Source: Bacillota bacterium
Lineage (GTDB): Bacteria; Bacillota; Clostridia; Peptostreptococcales; Anaerovoracaceae
Length of the DNA: 62,114 nucleotides
Direction: 5' to 3'
Assembly (NCBI GenBank): GCA_963929955.1
Contig: CAWVKQ010000074.1
Coordinates: 1-62,114 of the forward strand
In this document: positions 19,668 through 28,531 of the stretch, one piece after another
Layout: each line of letters opens with the position of its first letter
How positions within the stretch are numbered: position 1 is the stretch's first letter
Translations under genes and position numbers: made by a program
Notes under the pieces: model-generated
Told to the model about the DNA's origin: nothing
The model's database searches: none
What the model saw: only the letters and a program-made list of their open reading frames with translations

Positions 19668-20735
19668 TTATTTTACCTCCTCATAAGCTTTGCGGGCTGC
19701 GCTTACGACCTGAGAAACAGTAGGGATTACGCCGCCGGTACGGCCGTAAAAGCTGACAGGTTTCCTTTCGGCAACAGCAAGCTTTACATCATCAAGCATC
19801 TGCCCCATACTCATTTCAACGGTAAGAAACGCTTTGACATCAGAGCTTGAAGCAAGTTCTCTGAGTCTGTCATAAGGGAAAGGCCATAAGGTGACAGGAC
19901 GAAAAACTCCCGTTTTTATACCATTTGAGCGCAGGTTTTCAGCGGCTGTATCTGCTACTCTTGAAGGAGTGCCATAAGCGACGATGATGATCTCGGCCTC
20001 ATCCGTCATGATCTCATCCCACCTGCATTCGTTTTTTTCCATGAGAGCATATTTTTCCTTTAAAATGTCATTATGACTCTCACAGTCATCGGCATCTATG
20101 AATAGCGATGTTATAAAGTTATTATGGTCACGACCTCTTCTGCCCGATGTAGCCCAGCTCTTGTCAAAGGATTCGGATGAGTCTCTTTCGCGCCATACGA
20201 TAGGTTCCATCATCTGTGCGATAAGTCCGTCAACGAGAATCATGACGGGATTTCTGTAGCGGTCTGCTATGTCAAAGGCATCCTGCATTAGCTCTGTTGC
20301 TTCCTGCAGATTGGCGGGAGCCAGAGTGACTGTACGATAATCGCCATTGCCGCCTCCTCTTGTAGCCTGATAGTAATCACCCTGAGCAGGCTGTATGGAC
20401 CCAAGACCCGGGCTTCCTCGCATTACGTTTACTATAACGGCAGGAAGCTGTGCTCCTACCATGTAGCTTATGCCTTCCTGCTTAAGGCTTATGCCGGGGG
20501 ATGAGGATGAGGTCATAACGCGTACGCCTGAGGCTGCAGCTCCGTATACCATGTTTATAGCCGCTAACTCAGATTCTGCCTGTACGAACACTCCTCCGGA
20601 TTGTGGCATCCTCCAGGACATATATTCAGGTATCTCGTTCTGAGGTGTTATGGGATAACCAAAGAAGCCGCGACAGCCGCATCTGATGGCTGCTTCCGAT
20701 ATGGCTTCACTGCCTTTCCAGATTTCTCTTTTCAT
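19668..20735 (-). CDS. 2-oxoacid:ferredoxin oxidoreductase alpha subunit (VorB-like)
   Basis: FFGYPITPQ, QAESE, TSSSSPGISLK and EMSMGQM motifs. Confidence 0.94.
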   Translation of the reverse strand: MKREIWKGSEAISEAAIRCGCRGFFGYPITPQNEIPEYMSWRMPQSGGVFVQAESELAAINMVYGAAASGVRVMTSSSSPGISLKQEGISYMVGAQLPAVIVNVMRGSPGLGSIQPAQGDYYQATRGGGNGDYRTVTLAPANLQEATELMQDAFDIADRYRNPVMILVDGLIAQMMEPIVWRERDSSESFDKSWATSGRRGRDHNNFITSLFIDADDCESHNDILKEKYALMEKNECRWDEIMTDEAEIIIVAYGTPSRVADTAAENLRSNGIKTGVFRPVTLWPFPYDRLRELASSSDVKAFLTVEMSMGQMLDDVKLAVAERKPVSFYGRTGGVIPTVSQVVSAARKAYEEVK

Positions 20736-20750
20736 TGTTCATACCTCTAC

Positions 20751-20957
20751 TTAATCTTTTTCAATGGATATAACGGAATCAGGGCATATTTTGGCACAGC
20801 CCGCGCATCCTATACATGACTCTTCCTCTGTGCAGAAGGCCGGACGATATCCTTTTATGTTTACAGCAGTATCCAGAGCAAGTATTTTCTTTGGACATAC
20901 GGATATGCAGAGCTCACAGCCCTTGCATAAATCGCGTTGAAATGTTAGATGGATCAT
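20751..20957 (-). CDS. 2x[4Fe-4S] ferredoxin (delta subunit)
   Basis: CKGCELCISVCP and CIGCAGCAKICP. Confidence 0.93.
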   Translation of the reverse strand: MIHLTFQRDLCKGCELCISVCPKKILALDTAVNIKGYRPAFCTEEESCIGCAGCAKICPDSVISIEKD

Positions 20958-20984
20958 AGCGTTTAAACTCCTGTTCTGCGGGAA

Positions 20985-21662
20985 TCAGTCCCACGGTTTT
21001 CTCATGTATAGATGAATAGGAAACAAAGGCCTGATATCAGAGACGTTCTCGTCAGAGAGACCTTCTGGAATCAGATGGCATACAATGGGAACGCCTGAGA
21101 GACGAGACACCTCTTCGGCGAGTTCGGCGCCGCGAATAATGTCTTCAGGTTCCGTCTCATTAAAAAAATGCGTGTTGTTTATAAGGCCATCAACTGCCAG
21201 GCCGGATGTTTCCTCTATGCTTCTCATAAAATTAAGGGCGCCGTAAGCCGTGCCTGTCAGCGGCCGGTTGCCGTTGATTACAAAGAGCATTTTAGCTCCG
21301 CAGTTTTTTAACTGGTCACGGTACCTTGCAAGGACCCGCGAGCCTGAGGCATCGCCTCCTATATCCAGAACACCTTTTATGTTGGGATCATCGAAAAGGA
21401 TCCTGACATCCGGCGGCATGGCAGGCACATCAGCATCAGCGCAGGCATCCGATGCGGATATGAGGCGGATACTGTTTTGTTCGAGGAATTCCCTTCGCTC
21501 TCGGGATCTGAAATACGGGTTTACAACATCCAGATCCGCCAGGGCGGTAGGGAATCCTGAAACAGAATGATGAAGGGCGAGGTTCAGGGCAAATTCGGTT
21601 TTGCCGCTGCCCAGATGACCCGTTATAACAGTGATCCGGTTTTCATACATCAAGATACCCAT
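20985..21662 (-). CDS. P-loop NTPase of the type found upstream of clostridial vor operons
   Basis: GHLGSGKTE Walker A, DLDVVNPYFRSRE and DIGGD motifs; ATG after GGGAG. Confidence 0.8.
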   Translation of the reverse strand: MGILMYENRITVITGHLGSGKTEFALNLALHHSVSGFPTALADLDVVNPYFRSRERREFLEQNSIRLISASDACADADVPAMPPDVRILFDDPNIKGVLDIGGDASGSRVLARYRDQLKNCGAKMLFVINGNRPLTGTAYGALNFMRSIEETSGLAVDGLINNTHFFNETEPEDIIRGAELAEEVSRLSGVPIVCHLIPEGLSDENVSDIRPLFPIHLYMRKPWD

Positions 21663-21706
21663 ATATGCCGGCTCCCTTCTCAAAAATCATTTTTTACACC
21701 TTTTTT

Positions 21707-21736
21707 AAAAGAGGGCATTCGCAGGCGAATACCCTC
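21707..21736 (-). terminator. Terminator-like hairpin between the OCD gene and the vor operon
   Basis: GAGGGCATTCGC-AG-GCGAATACCCTC with a T tract on the minus strand. Confidence 0.6.
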
Positions 21737-21778
21737 GTTATGCTGATAATGGAGGTACACTTACGGAAAAATATCTCT

Positions 21779-22807
21779 TTACAGAGGCATCTTTACGCCA
21801 ATGCCTTTTTCAAGAGCAGTATCAAATATCTTTCTGGCAACAGTTATATCTTCAACAGCCATTCCCACATTGTTTACGAAAATGAATTCGTCATCGTTTT
21901 CACGGCCTGCAACTACGCCTGCGAGAGCGGCGCCGGTCTCGCCTGTTATCTCAGGGAGTCCCTGAGGATAGAGACCGTATGTGATAAAGAGCTCATGCTC
22001 CTCAATGCTGTCGCAGTAATATTTGTCCGCAGCCTTTATGGAAACGTCTTCATAATGGGTGTGGCAGTCGCTGGCTATTATGGTGAGACCCTTCTTGTTG
22101 AGCCATTCATCCTTGATCTGAGGATTAGGAACGGCAGGTATGTAAGCGGCTGAGAAAATAACCTCGCTGTTTCTGGCAAGAGTTTCCCAGTCAGCCTTTA
22201 TGAAGCGAGCCTCAGTATACTGGCTGCATTCTTTGATGAGCTCATCCATGGCAGCATCAAATCTGTCGAGTATATAGATCTCCTCGATCTGAGGATAGGC
22301 TCTCGCTACCATGGCTACCTGCTGTTTGCCCTGGATACCGCATCCGATCATACCCATGGTTTTGAAATCCTGACGGGCGAACTTCTGGCAGCTCAGGAGA
22401 GCTACGGCGGCAGTCCTTACGCGGGTTATATAATCGGCATCCATGAAAGAAATGGCTGTTCCTGACTGATAGTCGTTGAGGATCAGGGTACATGTGGTCT
22501 GGGTGTACCCGAATCTAGGCATGTTGTCAGGGAAGCAGCAGCCCCATTTTATTCCTGCAGTCGACAGGGTTTTCATATTTGCCGGCATAGCGTGCATGAG
22601 AGTGTCCTTAAGAGGATGGATGCCTATCTTGGCAGGCATCTCAGCGTTGTCTGTACTGTACGCTATCATGCCTTCCTTTGTCATTTCCGTGATTTCATCA
22701 TCTGTAAGATTGAGATCCAGAACATCCTGTCTCGTAAGATAGAGAAGCTCCTTGTTGATATCAAGTTTAGTCGATATCCAGTCTCTGTATTCCATACCTT
22801 GCAGCAT
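21779..22807 (-). CDS. Ornithine cyclodeaminase/mu-crystallin family protein (paralog 1)
   Basis: MPAK..HAMPA..GIKW, ITRVRTAA, GMIGCGIQG NAD-binding motif and NVGMAVED; start after AGGAGG. Confidence 0.9.
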   Translation of the reverse strand: MLQGMEYRDWISTKLDINKELLYLTRQDVLDLNLTDDEITEMTKEGMIAYSTDNAEMPAKIGIHPLKDTLMHAMPANMKTLSTAGIKWGCCFPDNMPRFGYTQTTCTLILNDYQSGTAISFMDADYITRVRTAAVALLSCQKFARQDFKTMGMIGCGIQGKQQVAMVARAYPQIEEIYILDRFDAAMDELIKECSQYTEARFIKADWETLARNSEVIFSAAYIPAVPNPQIKDEWLNKKGLTIIASDCHTHYEDVSIKAADKYYCDSIEEHELFITYGLYPQGLPEITGETGAALAGVVAGRENDDEFIFVNNVGMAVEDITVARKIFDTALEKGIGVKMPL

Positions 22808-22891
22808 AATCATTCCTCCTTTTGTTAACTGTGAATTAAATGTTGATAAACATCAATAGAGATTTGACCGGTATTATCTCGTGTTGAGGGT

Positions 22892-22974
22892 ATTGTAACG
22901 CTGCGTTGATATTTTGTCCAAAAAATAAAACTGCACCATATGAAAACACATGGGAAGGAAGTTTCATATGGTGC
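22892..22974 (-). promoter_or_regulatory. Promoter of OCD1 with upstream inverted-repeat operator
   Basis: Minus strand TGGACA (22920-22915)-17-TACAAT (22897-22892); TGCACCATATGAAA-N16-TTTCATATGGTGCA whose core ends 20 bp upstream of the -35. Confidence 0.75.
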
Positions 22975-23070
22975 AATTAACAGGAAGAAAATCTTATGTA
23001 TTATAAAGAAAAGAAAAAATTTTATGAATTTTTCAATTTTTTCAACCTTATAAGGAAACCGTAAATCAGA

Positions 23071-23808
23071 TCACTTTTCCCTGAGTTCATGAAGTGAGTT
23101 GGCAAGCACCAGCATGTTGTGCTTTTTCATATCAGATATATCTTCTCTCGTGAAACGCAGGATGTTTGTAATAAGTTCACTGTCGTCAACAGGCCCACGG
23201 GAAAACAGAGCCTTATATGAAAGGGGAACGAGAAAAGCAGTCGATATTCCCGTTACAAGGCCTAAAGTCATATCGCTGTTATTGAGAGGATTGCCTGCTA
23301 TTATAAATGCTTTTTCGGCTATATTGACCTGGTTGCTGAATATCATGTTGGTATAAAGATCCGAAAATGAGATGTTTCCGCTGTAATAAAAACGACAGCG
23401 CTGCAGATTATCGTAATCCGTAACATCGTTATAAAATTCAACAGAAAAATCATCGTCATCAGATACAGGGAAATGAAGCTGAATGACGGATCGCAGAAGG
23501 CGGCTCCCACTGCCCAGATGGTACATGTAATATCTGCCCGGGCTGTTAAAAAAACCATTGGGAGCAGACGGAATGCCGGATGTGTTTTTTTCAGGACTGT
23601 GATAGTCGACTAATTTTGATACTGAAACACGCAGAACCGCCGCTATATCAAAGAGAGTTTCCGCATCAACAGAAACAGAGCCTGTTTCATATTTGGAGAC
23701 TGTTGATTTGCTTTTGTGTATACCTTCGGCAAGATCATCGATGGTAAGACCAAGAAGTTTTCGGTATAAACGTATCCTGGAACCTATGTGCCTCGTTATA
23801 TCACTCAT
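23071..23808 (-). CDS. XRE-family HTH transcriptional regulator with C-terminal putative ligand-binding domain
   Basis: IGSRIRLYRK..GLT..DLA..IHKSKSTVSKYETG N-terminal HTH; about 170-aa C-terminal domain. Confidence 0.88.
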   Translation of the reverse strand: MSDITRHIGSRIRLYRKLLGLTIDDLAEGIHKSKSTVSKYETGSVSVDAETLFDIAAVLRVSVSKLVDYHSPEKNTSGIPSAPNGFFNSPGRYYMYHLGSGSRLLRSVIQLHFPVSDDDDFSVEFYNDVTDYDNLQRCRFYYSGNISFSDLYTNMIFSNQVNIAEKAFIIAGNPLNNSDMTLGLVTGISTAFLVPLSYKALFSRGPVDDSELITNILRFTREDISDMKKHNMLVLANSLHELREK

Positions 23809-23974
23809 GTTGAACCTCCATCGTCCAGATCAAGTGTATTTCTTCTAATTATAATGTTTTTGCCGATGAAACACAATGAAAGTTTCATAATAAGGATAAA
23901 ATCTTTGAAATTTTGTGGGTGTTTGCCGCGTTATAGCAAACATTCTTTGAAAAACAGCAAAAAGTGTCGTAATG

Positions 23975-24049
23975 TGAAATCCGGCGGCCTGAAAGTTTCA
24001 AAATGCAGATGAGATGCTCTTTGAAAAAAACAAAGCTGCCCGTTAATAT
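23975..24049 (+). promoter_or_regulatory. Promoter of the CoA transferase gene with operator
   Basis: TGAAA (23975)-N16-TTTCA (24000), 20 bp, TTGAAA (24021)-17-TAATAT (24044). Confidence 0.7.
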
Positions 24050-24082
24050 ATGCCATATCCGGTAAGAAAGGAGGAGTAACGT

Positions 24083-25445
24083 GTGAACAGTTGTGAAAAG
24101 GACTACGCTGAAAAGCTCATGTCAGCAGAGGAAGCTGTGAAGAAGGTAAAATCAGGAGACTGGGTTGATTTCGGCTGGGGACTTGGCATACCCAGGATAC
24201 TCGATGCGGCTTTAGCCAAACGAATAAAGGAAGAAGGCCTTTATGATCTGAAATTCAGGGGAGGTATGGCGCTGAGGAGGCCTGCTGTGTTTGATATTGA
24301 AAACGCGGCGGATCATCTATGCTGGAACAGCTGGCATATGACAGGCATAGAGAGAAGGGCAATAGATGAAGGAATAGCATTTTATGCCCCCATAAGATAC
24401 TCGGAGCTGCCGAGATACTATATTGATCTGACAAATCCTGTGGATGTGGCCATGATAAGAACCACAGATATGGATGGGGATGGATATTTCAACTTTGGGC
24501 CGTGCACATCTCATATAGCCAATATCTGTGCAAGAGCGGGCAGTGTGATAGTAGAAGTTAATGAAAATATGCCTCTTGCCCTGAGCGGGGAAAAAGATAA
24601 GGGAAAGAACGGTATACATATCACAAATGTGACAGCCATAGTCAGGAGCCCAAATGAACTGATGGAAGAATTGAAGCAAGGAGAAAGCAGCGACATTGAT
24701 CATGCGGTGGCGAAATACATAATGGAGGAAATACCTGACGGAGCAGTGCTGCAGCTTGGTATAGGAGGAATGCCCAATGCTGTTGGAACAATGATAGCGG
24801 AATCGGATCTGAAGGATCTGGGTGTACATACAGAGCTGTATGTTGACAGCTTTGTTGAGATGGCCGTAAAGGGAAGGATAACAGGAAACCGCAAGAATGT
24901 TGACAGAGGCAAACAGGTATACGCCTTTGCGGCAGGAACGAAAAAAATGTACGATTATATAGATAATAATCCTCAATGCATCGGTGCGCCTGTTGATTAC
25001 ACGAATGACGCCCGGGTCATAGGCGCTCTCGACAATTTCATATCGATAAACAACGCGGTAGATATGGATCTCTTCGGGCAGGTGAATGCGGAATCATCGG
25101 GCACAAGACATATAAGCGGAGCAGGGGGGGCAGTTGGACTTCGCTTTGGGAGCGTATCTGTCAGAAGGAGGAAAGAGTTTCATATGCTGCTCCTCTACGT
25201 TCAGGGACAGAGAAGGACGAGTTCATTCACGTATAAGGCCTGCTCTCAGAGAAGGCTCGGTTGTTACAGATACTAGGACAAATGTACATTATGTAGTAAC
25301 TGAGTACGGAAAGGCAAACCTGAAAGGGCTTGCAACATGGGAGAGAGCAGAGGCATTAATATCATTGGCTCATCCTGATTTCAGAGAGGAGCTCATAAGG
25401 GCTGCGGAAAAAATGAAAATATGGAGGAGAAGCAACAGAAGATAA
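24083..25445 (+). pseudogene. Butyryl-CoA:acetate CoA-transferase-family protein, frameshifted in a G7 run
   Basis: [35 protein letters not shown] then SGAGG; G7 at 25124-25130, and removing one G restores GGQLDF and joins the downstream frame ([24 protein letters not shown]). Confidence 0.88.
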
Positions 25446-25556
25446 AAGCTTTTGACGGTAAGAGTGTTTCGTTATAAGGTCAAAAAGTTGAAAAATTATT
25501 AAAATTCAGTTTTATCAAAGAGAGATAAGAGAAAAACGCAAAATAGTTGACCTATG

Positions 25557-25631
25557 TGAAACTTTACGTAGCGCCGGTTTCGTGAAAGGATATTACAGTC
25601 ATTAGACAAAAATTTATTAATAAATTACAAT
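25557..25631 (+). promoter_or_regulatory. Promoter of brnQ copy 1 with operator
   Basis: TGAAA (25557)-N16-TTTCG (25582), 20 bp, TAGACA (25603)-17-TACAAT (25626). Confidence 0.72.
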
Positions 25632-25702
25632 AACCGGACAGATACCGGAATTATCTCGTAGTGTTCGCTTTTTTTGATAAAAATTTAAAAAGGGTAAGAA
25701 AT

Positions 25703-26998
25703 ATGAATAATGATAAAAAACTGGTGAGAGACAGTATAACTATCGGACTGGCCCTTTTCTCCATGTTCTTCGGAGCAGGTAGTCTCATATTCCCTCCGTA
25801 CCTGGGTATGGAATCAGGAACATACTGGTTTCTGGGATTTATCTGTTTTATACTGGCTGACATAGGCCTTGCATTTGTTACTATAGTGGCCATGATAAAC
25901 GGAGATGGCAGTATATCGGGCATAACAGGTGTTGCAGGCAAAATACCGGCTCTCGTTATCAATACGGCGGTAGTGGTATGTATAGGGCCGTTCCTGGCAA
26001 TACCGAGGACGGCAGCCACAACATATGAGATGACCGTTCAGCCGATTACATCAGGAGTGAATATAACGGTATTCTCCATAATATACTTTATAATATCATG
26101 GGCATTGACAATCCGACCTTCGAGTGTGGTTGATATACTTGGTAAATTCCTGACACCGGCGCTTTTCATATGTCTGGCGGTGCTGATAATCGCCGGGATC
26201 ATATGGCCTCTCGGAGATATAACAGAGCCTGTATGCGACAATATAGTACAGGAAGGAGTACTTAACGGATATCAGGCTATGGATGTGCTTGCTGCTTTGG
26301 GATTTGCCATAATAATCATCGGAGTTACAAGAGACAAAGGGTATACTGAGCCTTCACAGGCCAGAAAGGCTGCTTTGATATCGTGCATTTTGGCAGGAGG
26401 AGCGCTGTTCCTCGTATACTGCGGTATAACGTATCTGGGGGCTACAGCTTCAAGCGTATACGATATAGAGAATGTAAATCAGGCAAGCCTGCTTGTTCAT
26501 ATTACAGAAGACATACTCGGATATAAGGGAGTGGTTATCCTGGGAATCATAGTGGGACTTGCATGTCTTACAACTTCTGTGGGGCTGACAGCTGCTTCGG
26601 CAAAGTATTTTGAAGGGCTTTCGGGAGGAAAGGTAAAATATGAGGTCGTAGTTACTCTTATAACGATATTCTCCATTATAGTTTCAAACTTCGGGCTGAG
26701 CGCCATAATAAGCATAGCAACACCGGTGCTGAGCATTGTTTATCCTACTGTAGTAACTTTAATAATACTGTCATTTTTCAAAAAGAAGATAACAAACCTC
26801 AATATATACAGAGGTGCGGCGCTTGTATCTTTTATAGTAAGCTTCCTCACAGTACTTACTACTTACGGGATACATGTGCCTGTGGTGAATTCTCTGCCGC
26901 TTACTGATTATGGGTTCAACTGGCTGTTGCCTACTGCTATAGGCGGGGTCATAGGCGCTTTTATAAAGACGGGAAACAGAGAAGCAAAAAATTATTAA
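25703..26998 (+). CDS. brnQ: Branched-chain amino acid:cation symporter BrnQ (copy 1)
   Basis: GLALFSMFFGAG.LIFPP.LG, IGPFLAIPRTA, GYQAMDVL and LACLTT motifs; multi-TM. Confidence 0.92.
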   Translation: MNNDKKLVRDSITIGLALFSMFFGAGSLIFPPYLGMESGTYWFLGFICFILADIGLAFVTIVAMINGDGSISGITGVAGKIPALVINTAVVVCIGPFLAIPRTAATTYEMTVQPITSGVNITVFSIIYFIISWALTIRPSSVVDILGKFLTPALFICLAVLIIAGIIWPLGDITEPVCDNIVQEGVLNGYQAMDVLAALGFAIIIIGVTRDKGYTEPSQARKAALISCILAGGALFLVYCGITYLGATASSVYDIENVNQASLLVHITEDILGYKGVVILGIIVGLACLTTSVGLTAASAKYFEGLSGGKVKYEVVVTLITIFSIIVSNFGLSAIISIATPVLSIVYPTVVTLIILSFFKKKITNLNIYRGAALVSFIVSFLTVLTTYGIHVPVVNSLPLTDYGFNWLLPTAIGGVIGAFIKTGNREAKNY

Positions 26999-27053
26999 AA
27001 AAATTGAAAATTGATAAATTATTCGACAAAATAGCGCGACAAGTTGAGTCATA

Positions 27054-27128
27054 CGAAATTTACACGGAAATAAGTTTCGTTTGATTCAACTTTCTCTTTT
27101 GGACAAAGCAATACTTTTCCAGTAAAAT
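27054..27128 (+). promoter_or_regulatory. Promoter of brnQ copy 2-OCD2 with operator
   Basis: CGAAA (27054)-N16-TTTCG (27079), 20 bp, TGGACA (27100)-17-TAAAAT (27123). Confidence 0.72.
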
Positions 27129-27189
27129 ATATCAATATGTATCATTAGTTATTTACGGATTTACGGAGAAGTGTACAAAAGGGAAAAAT

Positions 27190-28500
27190 ATGAATAAAGG
27201 AAACAAACTGGTACGTGACAGCGTTATTATCGGACTTGCACTGTTTTCCATGTTCTTCGGAGCGGGCAGCCTTATATTCCCGCCTTACCTGGGCATGGAG
27301 TCGGGAACGCACTGGTTCCTGGGATTTATATGTTTTATACTGGCGGATATCGGACTTGCCTTTGTTACCATAGTGGCAATGATAAACGGTGACGGGAGCA
27401 TCTCGGGAATAACGGGGCCTGCCGGCAGGATACCGGCACTTGTTATCAATACGGCGGTAATAATATGCATAGGACCGTTCCTGGCGATACCGAGGACAGC
27501 GGCCACGACATACGAGATGTCGATACTGCCCGTAACGGACGGGATAAACCTTACGCTGTTTTCCATAGTGTATTTTGCCGTTGCGTGGGTCCTCACCATA
27601 CGACCTTCCAAGGTAGTCGATATACTTGGCAAGTTCCTGACGCCGGCGCTGGTCATATGCCTGGCTGTTCTGATAATAGCCGGTATCATATGGCCTCTCG
27701 GAGAGATAACGGAGCCTGTGTGCGACAATATAGTGAGAGAGGGAGTGCTGAACGGATATCAGGCCATGGATGTGCTGGGCGCTCTGGGATTCGCCATAAT
27801 AATCATAGGAGTTACAAGGGAGAAGGGGTATACCGAGCCTTCTCAGGCAAGAAAAGCAGCCATGATATCCTGCATCCTGGCAGGCGGAGCATTGTTTCTC
27901 GTATACTGCGGGATAACGTATCTGGGAGCGACGGCTTCCAGCGTATACGATATAGAGGATGTGAATCAGGCAAGCCTTCTTGTACATATAACGGAGGATA
28001 TCCTGGGATTCGGAGGAGTCGTGATACTGGGCATAGTCGTGGGTCTTGCGTGCCTCACCACCGCGGTAGGGCTTACGGCCGCGGCTGCCAAGTACTTTGA
28101 GGGTATTTCCGGCGGAAAGCTCAAATATGAGGTCGTGGTAACGCTTATAATGGTGTTTTCGATCGTGGTGTCCAATTTCGGACTGAGCGCCATAATAAGC
28201 ATAGCGACACCGGTTCTAAGCATCGTATATCCTACGGTGGTTACGCTGATAATACTGTCCTTCTTCAAGAAGCGGATAAAAAACCTCAATATATACAAAG
28301 GAGCGGCTCTGGCTTCCTTCATAGTGAGCTTCCTGACAGTGCTTACAACATACGGTATATCGATTCCTGTTGTGAATTCCCTTCCTCTTGTGGACTACGG
28401 ATTCAACTGGGTCCTCCCTACGATCGCCGGAGGCATCATAGGAGGCTTTGTGAAAACAGGCGAAAAAGATAAAGATATTGCAGGCGGTACGGCCGCTTAG
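27190..28500 (+). CDS. brnQ: Branched-chain amino acid:cation symporter BrnQ (copy 2)
   Basis: Same motifs as copy 1, with long identical peptide stretches. Confidence 0.92.
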   Translation: MNKGNKLVRDSVIIGLALFSMFFGAGSLIFPPYLGMESGTHWFLGFICFILADIGLAFVTIVAMINGDGSISGITGPAGRIPALVINTAVIICIGPFLAIPRTAATTYEMSILPVTDGINLTLFSIVYFAVAWVLTIRPSKVVDILGKFLTPALVICLAVLIIAGIIWPLGEITEPVCDNIVREGVLNGYQAMDVLGALGFAIIIIGVTREKGYTEPSQARKAAMISCILAGGALFLVYCGITYLGATASSVYDIEDVNQASLLVHITEDILGFGGVVILGIVVGLACLTTAVGLTAAAAKYFEGISGGKLKYEVVVTLIMVFSIVVSNFGLSAIISIATPVLSIVYPTVVTLIILSFFKKRIKNLNIYKGAALASFIVSFLTVLTTYGISIPVVNSLPLVDYGFNWVLPTIAGGIIGGFVKTGEKDKDIAGGTAA

Positions 28501-28531
28501 TTGATAATCATTTATGAAAAGGAGAAAAACT

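Noticed and set aside
27022-27028. Perfect Spo0A box (TTCGACA) upstream of brnQ2
   Set aside because: A single 7-mer is expected by chance in 62 kb and it is absent from the sister promoters.
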